This document shows positions 39,776-54,870 of a stretch of 64,000 bases of DNA, piece after piece. Origin of the DNA: the human T2T-CHM13v2.0 reference genome, Homo sapiens; the NCBI RefSeq assembly GCF_009914755.1, contig NC_060937.1; one strand, given 5' to 3'. The translations under genes and the position numbers were made by a program. Position 1 is the first letter of the stretch. Each line of letters opens with the position of its first letter. Under the pieces are notes generated by a model, which worked only from the letters and a program-made list of their open reading frames with translations, did no database searches and was not told the DNA's origin.

Positions 39776-41297
39776 GCCCTGAATTACTCACCACCACCCA
39801 TCATCTTGGAATCTAAAGAAATGAGGGAGATAAAAGCATCTCCTCAATTATGTAGGAAACTCTGGGCATACAAAGTCCTGTGTCTCTTGTACACCAAGAA
39901 GGTGCTTAACTCCTAGCAGTTCAAAACTGATGCATTTACCAATATGGAACAAACATTTTTAGGTTTTGGTCGTAGGATCTGGCTTATATCAAAATCACCC
40001 CATAATTTCATTTACTTTACTAGTTAACAGAAGTCTCAGGATTTCTTTAAAAACAGCTTGCTTAGAAAACCCTTAGGATGCCTTTTAACCCTCCTAATTG
40101 GCATAGTCAAATCACCTTTTGCTTGCACAAAGCCTCTTCTCAGACACAGAAGAATAAACCTGGGCTTTTGTTTTTGTTTTTCTGAGTGGAGTTTAAATGT
40201 CAAATATTCTCCGTGTAGACAAAAACACTTGCCAGACTATCAGGCTAGCACAGTTAAACTTAAATATTCATGTGTGATTTATTTGGTAGCAGAGTAAATT
40301 ACACAACTTGTTTATATCAGCCTTGTCAACAGCAAAATGAAGCCATTTACCAAAAAGCCATATTGATGCAGGATGCCTCTGTGGCACAGGACTGAAATCT
40401 GACTGAAAGATATCAAGACACACCATCTGTGTTATGATTTATGACAATGCTAAGGAAAGAGGCTGTTAGACTGCTTTGCAAATACTAAACATATTAAGGG
40501 CTAAATGCAGCATTTGGTATTGCATTTTATTATATGAATTCATTTTAAGTATATCTTCCTCTGAAATGCCTTGCAGTTTCAGAGGAAAAAATATTTTCCT
40601 TAAATCTGATTTGTTTTGAATGAGGATATTCATGGAAAAGTTAGACATCAGCTTATTAAAAACTTCAGCCAACATTCAGAACATTTTAATTACAGAGAAT
40701 CCTAGCAATTAGACCCTGTAGAAAACTTATCCCTGACTGAAGTGTTTCTATATTTTGTTCTTTATTTTTAAGGTCTACTTCGTCAGCTATGAATCTATTA
40801 TGAATCACTGCATTGCAACAAATGTATCCTAAATAAAAAGAAAGACAGCCTCTTGTAATTAATGAGGTATCAATTAAATTTGAATTTTGCCTTTTAAAAG
40901 AGTTTTATCACAGTAAGATTTTATATGGAATCAGTAGCATGTCAAATGCCTGTAAAGTAAAGAGTAAGGACAAAAATAAATTCTACATTTAAATGAAATT
41001 CCAGCTTGCATTTTTGTCTATTATTTTCCCTTCTAATTAAACCATTTAATCCCACGTTTTTATATTTCATTATTTCTATCATTGGAACATGAATTCCAGT
41101 TCTCACAAGTAGTAAACACAATTCTTTAAAGACTTTTGTTTATTAACATTGAATTCCTGAATAAATGGCTACCCCTACCAACGTAATACTTATTTCTAAT
41201 GGTTTCCAAATAAATGTTTCTTTCATTTTCTCATTGTTTTCCTTTCTCATAGACTCAGAATAATAAGAAAATTGAAGGAAAGAGTCAAAGAGGGGTC

Positions 41298-42010
41298 TGT
41301 GTGATTGTTCCACGGCTCCAAACCCACCCTTCCATTCTCTGCATTGCGATGCTGATGCCGGGACCCTGCAAACCACATTTCTGCTTTTCCAGCTGCCTCT
41401 CTGTTAGACTTTGCCATATGATTTTGGACTCGAAGGAGATTGAAAGGCTAGAGATGAAGAAAGAATTCACACTTTCTGTTCGCTTCTTCTTTGCTTCTTG
41501 TCTACTTCCTGTTCCTGTGAGCATCACTCTAGCACCTTGGCAACATAGGTCCCTTCCTTTAGCAGCAGTTGAACCCAGTCTGCAATTCTTCCAAAATTTG
41601 CAGAACCATCCTGGTTATATCCCATCAGAGACACAAGTGTCAGTGTCCCCTCCTCAGAGGTCTGGGTCTCAACCACACAGAGCTTCTCCTTCAAGTTCAG
41701 AGACATCATCATGAGTCAAGCTCTGGCCCCTTCCCAAAGAACTGAATTCCAGCCCTGGGGGTAAGAGGGCGTGGGGGCTTTTCCACCAAATTTATCTTTT
41801 AATAATTCCAGCTTCTTCCCTTTGATCTCCCAGCCATAGGGATGGTAGCTCTTCCTGCAGTTGGTACCTTCATGATGTATCAGTGTTTCCTTTTTGTCTC
41901 TTCAGTTACCTATTTAGCAATTTAAGACTTGGTTCATAATTCTTTATGTTAAATTGTATCTGTTAAAATAAGTAGGTGACTTCCATCTGGTGAGTGGACA
42001 CCAACTATAC
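41298..42010 (+). mobile_element. ERVL 5' LTR (LTR33/LTR50 group)
   Basis: gctccaaacccacccttc...gaccctgcaaaccacatttctgc...ctttatgttaaattgtatctgttaaaataa; immediately followed by ERVL internal sequence. Confidence 0.65.
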
Positions 42011-42349
42011 GTGAATTTGTCCCAGGAATAGTTCTAGGAACAAAAAACATTTAAAAATGTGATTTGGAGATTGGTTTGTTATGTCCTTGGGCTTGAATGT
42101 GGTGCTAAACTCCCTGACAATGGAGCATGGGGACTAGTGATCCATACACTGGCATTACAATTCATCAAATTACACCTGTGGTTGGTTATAATGACATTCT
42201 TAATGAATTAAGTACTTTGGGGGAAACAAGGGATTGCTTCCTTTAATCGTTTCTTTTTTCTTCAGTGTTTAGTTTTCTTTTATTATTTTGGCTTGTCCTG
42301 TAATCATTGTAGCTGGCTGTCTTTAAAGAAACATCTACCATTTCCCATT

Positions 42350-44422
<2,073 letters not shown>

Positions 44423-44740
44423 GCTTCCCTTAACTGTTAATGAAATAATGTTAATTACAAGGACTATGGCATTGAATAGATTCTTCTGAGTGCACTGGAC
44501 ACTCATAGAATGAAAATTACAAGCTCAGGGCTTTACACGCTCAGCTTAAGCAACAGATTTCAAAGAATTTCTATGATAGCCCTAAGAAAATCTCTTATTT
44601 CTTGCAGCCACAGGACCAATATTGTTGAAAGCCAAACACGAAATTTAACTGTACAGGCTGCAGAAATACAATATAAATTGAATTCACAGCCTCTCTAAGT
44701 CTCTCAAGTGAGTTGGGGCGTTGATTGGATAGGAGTGAGC

Positions 44741-44787
44741 CTTGAAACTTAGGATAGGAACAAGTCTTGAAACTTAGAATAGGAACA
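44741..44787 (+). repeat. 25-bp tandem duplication inside ERVL gag
   Basis: cttgaaacttag(g/a)ataggaaca twice. Confidence 0.85.
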
Positions 44788-45111
44788 TCTGCTTGGGTTC
44801 AGAAGACCTTGAGAATTTTACACCTTCCCTGCCACCCTGTCATCATTCTGAGATTCTCTTGCCAGTGGGAGGAGCTTACCTTTTGCATGTCTAAGTAGAC
44901 TACATGTTCCTTGCTTAAATACCCTGTAATAACCTCATCTGAGGCAGTGCCTTATAAGGGGACACTCATTGTCCTGAAGACTTACCTTAATACCCCTCGT
45001 TGCCACTGGGCTCATAATGAAGATCAGATATCATCATGCTCAAAGGGGTAAAGGACATAGTCTGACCTGAGAGAAAATGACTTATAAACCAAAAAGAAGG
45101 CAAGATTTGCT

Positions 45112-45410
45112 TTTCTTTTTTTTTTTTTTGAGACAGGATCTCATTCTGTTACCCAGGCTAGAGTGCAGTAGCACAATCACGGCTCACCACAGCCTCGACC
45201 TCCTGGGGTCAGGTAATTCTCCCACCTCAGCCTCCTGAGTAGCTAGGACTATAGGCGCCTGCCACCACTCCTGGCTAATTTTTGTATTTTTTGTAGAGAT
45301 GGGGTTTTACCATGTTGCCCAGGCTGGTCTTGAACTCCTGGGCTCAAGTGATCCACCCACCTCAGCCTCCCAAAGTGCTAGGATTACAGGCGTGACCCAC
45401 TGTACCCAGT
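45112..45410 (-). mobile_element. AluJ inside ERVL gag
   Basis: Full dimer; TSD aaga(t/c)ttgct. Confidence 0.92.
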
Positions 45411-45819
45411 AAAGACTTGCTAACTATATTAACATAAACCTGGAGCAAATGTGTGAGAATGCAAACTAGGAAATGGAAGATAAGCCCCACAAAATTTCTC
45501 ATTAGAATATGTCGAGACAGTCCCTCTGAAGAGAAAAATGAGTTGTTGTATCTTGTACCACCTAACACTAAAAATGTGGCATAACACTCGATGGGCCTTT
45601 TTTTTAGATTTTAGAAGCAACTATTTCTCACTTTTCAGTGTGCTACTTCAACTCATTTACCAAGTATGTTAAGTCTGTCCACTTTGAGTGGAGAGCAGAG
45701 GAGGAAAAGCTCTAAAGCAGATCTAGACTGGAGTGCAAGTTGCTCTTCCAGTTGGGTTTCATCACCCAGCATTTACAATAGTATTCCACCCTACAGACGG
45801 GGGAAATACAAGACAATGA

Positions 45820-46370
45820 AGTTATGGGCCAATTTTATTCAAGAGCCTGGATGCAGAAATTATAAACAAAATTGAGCAAACTGAACCCAGTAGTGCGTAA
45901 AGTGCTACATGTAAGCTCCATGAAGGTAGTGATTTCTAGGCTTATCATTACTGTATCCCAACACCTTAAACACTGCCTGAAACATCATAGGCATCCAGTA
46001 TTATTATTTGAATGATGAATGACCAAATTAAGTATATCCAGGACTTCAAGGGTGGTTTAGCAATAGTAAATCCAGAAATTATTGCACCACATTGATTGAT
46101 TAAATAATACACATATGTATTATTTATTAAGACATTAATAGATGCAGTAAAAGCATTTGATAAAATCCATTAACCATTCATTTAAAAAAATACTTCTTAG
46201 CAAACTAGAAAATAATTTGAAAATAGAAACAACCTACAATGACAAAGAATAAAATATTTAGGAATAAATCTAACAAAAATCTGTAAGAACTTTAAGGAGA
46301 AAATTGTAACTTATTAGTGACAATAATACAAAAGGCCTAAGTAAAGGAAGAAGTAGTTCCTCAAGCACAA
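45820..46370 (+). mobile_element. Old L1M ORF2 fragments with an L2-like piece (about 45905-46020)
   Basis: aatagatgcagtaaaagcatttgataaaatcca (L1 RT-region motif), aaaatatttaggaataaatctaacaaaa. Confidence 0.65.
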
Positions 46371-47055
46371 TCTTAAGACTAAATATGTTGAGGTTTTTGT
46401 TTTTGTTTTTGTTTTCCTTTCCCAGTATATATTTTCACCCTGGAGGACTGTTGACATTCTCATAAATTTGGAGACGCAGAAATGACCCAGTTTGGTAAAA
46501 GTGCATTAGCATCGGTAAACATTTTGCAAGTCCTTACTGCTCTAACTAAGTCTTTGGCAGCCCCTCAAGGAATGTATACCATGCTCTTGCCATAGGAGCA
46601 GAGATTCTGGGACCCATGTGGTTTTTGTAATGAGACATATTGGAGGAGCAATTATTTAATTATGCCTGATGTCCGTTCTCTTTCATTCTTCTTCCCTTTT
46701 AAATGTGAAAAGATCTCTGAAACAAACAAACAAAAAAGTCAGGGGAGGTAATTATTCAAGTAATTATAGTATTGATAAGTTAGAAATTCAACCTGACCCA
46801 TAAGTACTGTACATACTACCTTAATAATAATTGCTAACATTTATTGAGCTCTTAGCACTTTACATGTATTATATCATCGAGTCTTCACAATAACTGTAAG
46901 TAATATTCATTCTCTTCATTTTACAGAGGGTGGAAACTGAGATAGAGAAAGAACTAGTTAATTTGAACAACACAGGAGTCAGCGAAAAATAAAATAAATA
47001 AAAATTTTAAAATGTAAAAAAGAAAGAGCCAGTTAACTCAAAGTCACACAGCTAG

Positions 47056-47523
47056 TGTATTAGTCTTTCAGGGCCATCGTAACGAATTACCAAAACCTTG
47101 AGAGCTTAAAACAAGCAAACAAAAAATTTACTCTCTCACGGTCCTGGGGGTTAGAAATCCAAAATCAAAATATTAGCAGAAATATTGGTTTTCTCCGGAG
47201 GGTATGAGGGCCAATCGGCTCCACACCTCTCTTCTAGCTTCTGACAGCTGTCCGCAGCCCTTGGCTTTCCTTGGCTTGAGGGTATGTAACTGCAGTCTCT
47301 GCCTCCATGTTCACATGAATATGTTCTATGTCTCCTGTCCGTCCCTTTTTCATCTCTTATAAAGACATTTGCCCTTGGATTTAGGACCCACCCTAATCCA
47401 AGATGGTCTTATCTCAAAAGCCTTACCTTAATTACATCTAGAAACACTTATTCCAAGTAAGGTCACACATTCTGAGGTGTTGGGTGGACATTATCTTTTG
47501 GTGCCACAATTTAACCCACTGTA
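47056..47523 (-). mobile_element. MLT1B/C-like solo LTR nested in a MIR
   Basis: tgtattagtctttcagggcc...ggatttaggacccaccctaatcca...tttaacccactgta; TSD gctag/gatag. Confidence 0.85.
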
Positions 47524-47657
47524 GATAGTGAGTAGTAGGACCAGGGATTCAAACACAGGTCTGTTTGGCTTCCAGATCTCAATCTCATCCATTATTCTGG
47601 ACTTCTCTTTTTACCAAATCTCATGAATAGTAAATACTCAATAACAGATTAATGGCT

Positions 47658-47816
47658 GAATGAGAATTAAAGATTAAATACAATAGTTGGACAGTCTTTT
47701 GGAGTGTGTTATACTGGAATTTATCTTATAGTCACTTCTTAGAAAACTACTTCTGAGTAATCACACTGTGTATACTTACTATTCCTTCTACAAAGATGTC
47801 ACTAACTTGCCACTTC
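47658..47816 (+). repeat. Local dispersed duplication, copy A (Alu-free)
   Basis: gaatgagaattaaag...tcacttc...actacttctgagtaatcacactgtgtata...tactattccttctacaaag.tgtcactaacttgccacttc recurs at 48806-49260. Confidence 0.92.
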
Positions 47817-48805
47817 CTCCTTGTGATTATCCTCTTTGATCCCTCACAATCTGTTGTTTTAGCAGCAGAAATCAAAGGCAAATTACAAATTCACTCAGGA
47901 AAGAATTAAAGAGAGAGGTGTGGTCAGAGAGCCCCACTAATGATGTGAAATCAGTTAGTACCAGGCTCACTCTCCTTGATCAAAAGGCAAAATTACCAGT
48001 CACAGGCCTCTCTCAATGTCTCTGTTCTTAACTCTTAAGTAAACCTTGGACTGTAATGCTAATCTGCTTCTCATGTTTTCCAAGAACTCTATTTGCAGAA
48101 TTCCTAGAACAAGAAGATAGCAGGGTCATAGGTTGTTTTTAGTTTTAGTTGCTGCTGTTGTTGTTGTTGTCATTTAACATGATTTGAGCCCCAGGATGTT
48201 TCTGAAGTGGCTTGTCTTTCAAGTCTGTGTCCCAGAAGTATAAGGGTATGGAAAAAGAATGGGAAGGAAAAAATGAGTTTTCCATCCCAAGTATTTTTTA
48301 ATTGAAAAATGTGGTGATATGAATGGTAAATAAAATATTTGAGATAAGACTTTCAGTAAATGCTATTGGCTCTTTCTTTTAAAAATTATTTCTAAAATCG
48401 ATGCTGAGAGATTTATATACAAAACCATTAATCATGTGAGATTATTTCAGTTTCTATACTGGATGATGAACAGTGTATTCTCATAGTCAAAAAAGTAAGA
48501 CAATTTAAAAGTAAATTCAGTGACTATTTGTTACAGTAAACTATCTAATTTTAATATGCCAAATATGATTGTGTTCTTAAATAATGACAACAGAAAAAGG
48601 ATTTTTTTCCCATATATTGCATGGAATTAAATTCTTAAAAATTGTCTGATTACCCTCTTCATTCCCACAAAAGCAGGGCTGGGGAAGGAAGTAGAGGGCA
48701 GAGTTAGGTGTTGGTTGGTTGGTTTTATCTATTATGTCAAACTTTCCAGAAACTTTCTATTTCCAATTTTCTCACTGGAAGGTAAACAGTGATCTCTAAC
48801 TTACA

Positions 48806-49260
48806 GAATGAGAATTAAAGAATAAATACAATATTTGAACAGTCTTTTTATTGGGATTTATTTTATAATCACTTTTTTTTTTTTTTTGAGGCAAGGTCTT
48901 ACTCTTGTCACCCAGGCTAAAGTGCAGTGGTGTGATCTTGGCTCACTGCAGCCTCAGTCTCCAGGGCTCAGTTGATCCTTCCACCTCAGCCTCCCAAGTA
49001 GCAAGGACTACAGGCAAAAGCCACCATGTCCAGCTAATTTTTTAAAAATATTTTTTGTAGAGATGGGTTTTCACTATGTTGCCCAGGCTGATCTTGAACT
49101 CCTGGGCTCAAGCAATCCTCCTACCTTGCCTCTGAAATGCTGAGATTAAAGGTGTTTGCCACTGTGCCCAGCCCATCACTTCTCAGAAGACTACTTCTGA
49201 GTAATCACACTGTGTATAGCTACTATTCCTTCTACAAAGGTGTCACTAACTTGCCACTTC
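48806..49260 (+). repeat. Local dispersed duplication, copy B (interrupted by AluJ)
   Basis: Same sequence as copy A, split at atcactt by an Alu. Confidence 0.92.
48875..49173 (-). mobile_element. AluJ
   Basis: Poly-T plus diverged dimer; TSD atcactt at 48868 and 49175. Confidence 0.92.
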
Positions 49261-49833
49261 ATCTCTGAAGCTGTCAAGACCTATAGAGAAGTCGAAGCCC
49301 ATATGTTTTTTAGCACCGTATTCACATTTTTGGGTTAGAAAATAAGGTCACTAATTTCACAATCTCACCATCCCAGAACACAGAAAATTTGCTATCCAGT
49401 AATGGTGACACTTCATGCATCCTGAGCAAGCCCTAGTTCTTACTTAGCCTGAGACCTTCACTCTTCCTCTTCTGCCCCTAATTGTCTTTGAATGGCCTGG
49501 ATCCTGGGATTGGGCTTCAGTTTAAGTTACCCTAGTTCCAGCTTCCTATTCATCCTCATCACAAAGTGCCATGATCTCAGGGTGGCTTATGTCCAAATTC
49601 ACCCAAATTTCAGCTTATCCTACTTCATCTCTCTTTAATGTACGTTGCTACTTTGACTTCTAGGAGAAATCTATACCCTAATTTTCTCCCAACCTCTTTG
49701 TCTACACATTCTCCTTCATTGAATTATCTTCCCTAGACAACTCCTTTAATGCTGATTTTCCTCTGGATTCTGTGCCCCCTGGCTTTCTCAGGCTTCTGTC
49801 ACAGGAAATCTCATTCAATGCAATGGCTTAAAT

Positions 49834-50057
49834 CAGGCATTGGTAAAGGATAGCCCACTGGCCAAATCTGGTCTGCTCACTGCCTGTTTTTGTAAAGTTT
49901 TATTGAAACACAGCTACACTCCTTTATTTAAATATTGTCTACAGCTGTTTCTACGACTCACCAACAGTAGAGTTGAGTGGTTAGACAGACCATATGGCCT
50001 GCAAAGCCTAGACTATTTACTATCTGGCCCATTAGAGAAAACATTTGTTGACCCTTG
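49834..50057 (-). mobile_element. MER58A hAT-Charlie MITE
   Basis: ggccaaatctgg...ttttgtaaagttttattgaaacacagc...tatttactatctggccc...gttgacccttg; 8-bp TSD gcttaaa(t/c). Confidence 0.88.
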
Positions 50058-51002
50058 GCTTAAACAATCACTTCTACATAGATGATTTCAACTTCAATAA
50101 TTGCACCTAGCTGGATGGAAGACTGGGCAGAAACAAAAGGTAAGGTTGAGGTAAAAAATCAATAGCAGGCAGTGAGTTCAGTCCTTCACCTAAAAATCAC
50201 GGCTGAGATTGAGCAACAAGTGTCTATAGCAAGATGCCACTGGAAGTCACTTGGACTATTCCCAGGTTTCTTTTTGGCCCTGAATGATGGATAATTGTTA
50301 AAACTGAGGAAAAGAATATAGGTGGGGAAACAATTTTAACAGGAATGAAGGGTAGAAAGATAATGCTTGACTTTGGGAATGTTTTCATTGTGGTACCAAT
50401 GGGACAGCCAATTTATGTCCAGAAAAGAGTCAGATGTACGAGGCTGAAACTCAAGAGGAGGGTAAGGATAGAGATCTGGGAATCATCACTGTTCCTGTGT
50501 TAGCTGAGTCCTAGACTAGGAATGAGATCAACCAGCAAGCAGTCGTAAAGTATATTTTAGCAACTCCAGGTAAAGGGGGCCAGGGTAAATTAATATCTTC
50601 CTGGATGTAACACTAACTCACTAATTTGGTAAATGCTGATACTGCTTAAGAAAAGAGATAAGGTAATCCACAGAAGAAGACAAGAGAACTGTGCCCTAAG
50701 TGCTCAGTGCTGGGGATCAAATGCTAAAAACCTTCGTTGCTGCAGTAGCGGCTGTTGCTTTAGCCAATCAATCTTGTAACTTTAGATGATTTGATAGAAA
50801 GATAAGAAATTCTTTGGTAAATTTAATCCATGTGGACCACCAGTTTAGAAAAATCTCATCATTCATTGTCAATAACAAATTCTTTTATCTAAATTACCTG
50901 AATAACCATTCTTATCCTTACTACATTTTTTATTAAATAATTTTATTTTGGCAAATAGTGTTCAATTAAGATGTATTATTTACATTTGTATGTAATTGGT
51001 TT

Positions 51003-51885
51003 ATTTTTAAATAAACTTTTTATTTTGGAATAATTTTAGATTTACAGTAAAATTGCAAAGATAGTACAGAGAGTGTCTGAATATCCCTCAGTTTGCACTA
51101 ATGTTAACACCTTACATTACAGTAGTACATTTGTCAAAATTTAGAAATCAACACTGGTCCATTACTATTAAGTACACTCCAGATTTTATTTAGATTTAAT
51201 AAGTTTTTCCACTAATATCCTTTTAATATTCCAGGATGCCTACCCAGGATGCCACAATGCATTTAGTCAGAGTGTCCTTAGTCTTCTCAGTTTCTCAGTC
51301 TTTCCTTATTTTTCATAACCTTAACAGTTTTGAAGAATACTGGTGGGATATTTTGTAGAATATCCTTCAATTTGCATTTATATTTTCTCATTATTAAATT
51401 GGGATTATGGGTCTTGGGGAAGAACATCACATGTGTGAAGTGCCCTCCTCATCAAGTTATATCAAAGGATACACAATATCAAAATGACATGTAACTGGTG
51501 ATGTTAATCTTGACTATTTGGTTAAGGTAGCATTGCCAAGTTTCTCCATAAAGTTACTTTTTTTCCCTTTCCTTACTCTATTCTTTGGAAGTGAGTCATT
51601 AAGTCCAGCCCACGCTCAAGGAAATCAAGCTCCACCTCCTGGAGGAGGGAGTATCTGAGTGAGGAGGGAATTCTTTAAAGAAGATTTGTCTCTTCTTCTC
51701 CACGTGTTTGTTTATTCCACCATTTATCTAGATCACTATGGGCCAATATATATTTGTTTTATATTTTGGTTTGCAATCCATTACTAGGCTATTTCCTTTG
51801 CTGTTCAAATTATTATAGGTGTGGCCATCAGTCGTTCTTTCAGTTGCCTCCTGTGTGCCTTTGACCTTTGACATGTTCCTTGCGT
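51003..51885 (-). mobile_element. L1MC-like 3' end
   Basis: aaacttttttattttggaataattttagatttacag...ggtgatgttaatcttgac...cctgtgtgcctttgac; appears to resume briefly near 52195-52220. Confidence 0.85.
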
Positions 51886-51912
51886 ATGTGTATGTGTGTG
51901 TGTGTATGTGTG

Positions 51913-52105
51913 TATTAGCAATGTGAGAGACGGAGAAACACCTTAATTGAAGTCTAAGATAGAGGATACTAAGCTCTGATTTTAGCTCTGCCAAGAATCC
52001 ACTCCAAGTTGGAAATGGGTAGTCCAATTCTCCCTCCCCCTTTTGAAAACAAGTATACTTGTATATGGCTACTTTTCATGAAAATAATGGTAATAACTGC
52101 ATGAA
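51913..52105 (-). repeat. Inverted copy of 53795-53990, between (TG)n and (CA)n tracts
   Basis: About 190 bp reverse-complement match, e.g. tagaggatactaagctctgattttagctctgccaagaatccactcca vs tggagtggattcttggcagagctaaaatcagagcttagtatcctcta. Confidence 0.95.
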
Positions 52106-52149
52106 AACACATTAGTGCAAAACTGAGGGATGCTTTCTGGCAAGAAAGC

Positions 52150-52181
<32 letters not shown>

Positions 52182-52254
52182 AAGGAACAAGCCTCAAGCA
52201 CTTCTTACATTTTCTCCCAGGAATTACCCACATTTTTGCCATTTAGAATAAAGA

Positions 52255-52815
52255 AAATAGTTTAGCAGTTGCTTAAAATGTTAAACATATAGTTATCTTA
52301 TGGCCCAGCAATTCCATTCTCAAAAGAATTGAAAACATACATCTACACAAAAATTGGTATATGAATGTTCACAGAAGCATTATTACAATAGCCAAAAGTG
52401 GAAACAATTCGAATACCCACCAACTAACAAATAAACAAAATGTGGTATACTTATATAATGGAATATTATTTCTCCATAAAAAGGAACGAAATACCAATGC
52501 ATGCTACAACATGTAGAAACCTTGAAAACATTATGCTAAGTGAAAGAAGTCTGTCACAAAGGTCACATATTGTCTAATTCCATTTACATTAAATGTCCAG
52601 AATAGGCAAATCCATAGACACAGAAAATAGATTAGTAATTTTCAGGAACTAGGAGGAGGAGGGAACAGCGAGTGACTGCTAATAGGTACAGGGTTTCTTT
52701 TGGAGTGATAAAAATATTATAAAATTAGATAGTAGCACAATTCTGTAAATATAGCATTGCATGGCATGCTTTACAAAATGTGAATTATATCTCAATAAAG
52801 CTGTTATTTAAAAAA
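52255..52815 (+). mobile_element. L1MB-like 3' end
   Basis: cccagcaattccattc, gaaaacattatgctaagtgaaagaag, aatgtccagaataggcaaatccatagacacagaaa, tatctcaataaagctg. Confidence 0.85.
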
Positions 52816-52881
52816 TAATAAAGTATGTTATATGATTGTTATTTGGATGTCTGAAGGTCTTCATCGATATATAAATGTTTT

Positions 52882-53397
<516 letters not shown>

Positions 53398-53505
53398 TTT
53401 TTTTTAAGTTAAAAAAGTTTTTGTACTTTCAAGTAAATAAATCTTTAAAATATTGAATGAAGATGGTGATAATGATGGCTACTATTAATTGAGCATCCAT
53501 CATAT

Positions 53506-53585
53506 ACCAATCTGTACCACATGAAATTGCTGGTATTTGAACATCTTTGAGCTACAAAATGGCAATTTCATATAGTTTAATCTAA
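53506..53585. mobile_element. MADE2 (Hsmar2-derived MITE) within a MIR
   Basis: accacatgaaattgc...tttgagctacaaaatggcaatttcatatagtttaatctaa. Confidence 0.75.
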
Positions 53586-53794
53586 TTCAAGGTTAAGCCC
53601 TTGAATGTATATATTTTAAAGCAACTGAAATGTCCCACCAGCTAGGAGCCAGGCCCAAGGGGATTGAATTGCCTAAGGTTACACAATGAGTACCTCATAG
53701 AACTGGAATTCAAATCCAAATCTCTCTACTGAAAATGCTGAGCTCATTCGGTTTGTCCACATGGGCTCCCATAGAAAATGAGGCTCTTGAATTT

Positions 53795-53990
53795 CTCATG
53801 CAGCAATTACGACCATTATTTCCATGAAAAGTAGCCATATACGAGTGTACTTTTTTTCAAAAGGGGAAGGGAGAATTGGAGCACCCATTTCCAAACTGGA
53901 GTGGATTCTTGGCAGAGCTAAAATCAGAGCTTAGTATCCTCTATTTTAGACTTCAGTTAAGGTGTTTCTCTATCTCTCACGTTGCTAATA
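53795..53990 (+). repeat. Probable donor copy of the inverted duplication
   Basis: Reverse complement of 51913-52105, lying in unique flanking sequence. Confidence 0.92.
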
Positions 53991-54619
53991 GTATTGTCAT
54001 CTCTAGGTAGGCAGGACTTCCCATTTATAAATCCTTGCCTGTTTTCCATGACAAGAGAATGAAAGAGGGAACCCAGGAACTTTATCCAAAACAGAAACAA
54101 TCAATGATGCACAAGTTGGCTAAGACTGTTAACTTTGAAATAACAAACTGCTTTTAATCTTACTTGATTCATTTCTAATTTTATCTCAGGGTTTCTCTAC
54201 CCTAATCCGGTCTTGCCAAAAATTCTCAGAGTTGGATGTATAAGTGCAAACATTTTAATAACTAGAATTTTTCTCCTCTGTTCCTTGCCAGTTTCCTCTC
54301 TTATTTGATGCTTTATTATCATTCTATGCCTATTTCCTCCAATTTTCTCCATTTAAGAGTTAGCACAAGCCTCTTGCTAGTGTTAGTTGCATTGAATGTC
54401 ACATGAATGCAATGAAAAAATATAAAGTTCAGACCGTATCACCAAATATACATTTATGAGTTGGGGTTTTTATTTATTGGGTTTCGTTGAGGTTTTTTTG
54501 TTTTGTTTTGGTTTGGTTTTTACATTTTTTTCAGGGGAAAGAATGAATGGTCTTATAAAGTACAGAGTAATGACATGTGTGTTTGGAAGAAGATAGAAAG
54601 AAAATTACAGCTTCCTCAC

Positions 54620-54870
54620 CCAACCCCTACATTTCAACACTTACCCTGTTTTATTCTTCTCCTTAGAACCTGGTATCATCTGATATATTTATTTATTTAT
54701 TTATTTACTTATTTCTTTATTTTCTCTCTCCCTATACTCAAAGAAAAACTCCATGAGATAAGGGTTGTTTGTTCCCTGATATATCCCCAGTGTTTAGAAT
54801 ACAGCCTGTTCTATAGGAGCCTCTCAATACATATTAATATTTGTCAAATAAATAAATGAATGAATAACAA
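54620..54870 (+). mobile_element. L2 3' end
   Basis: ctccatgagataaggg...atatccccagtgtttagaatacagcc...ctcaatac...aaatgaatgaa. Confidence 0.75.
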
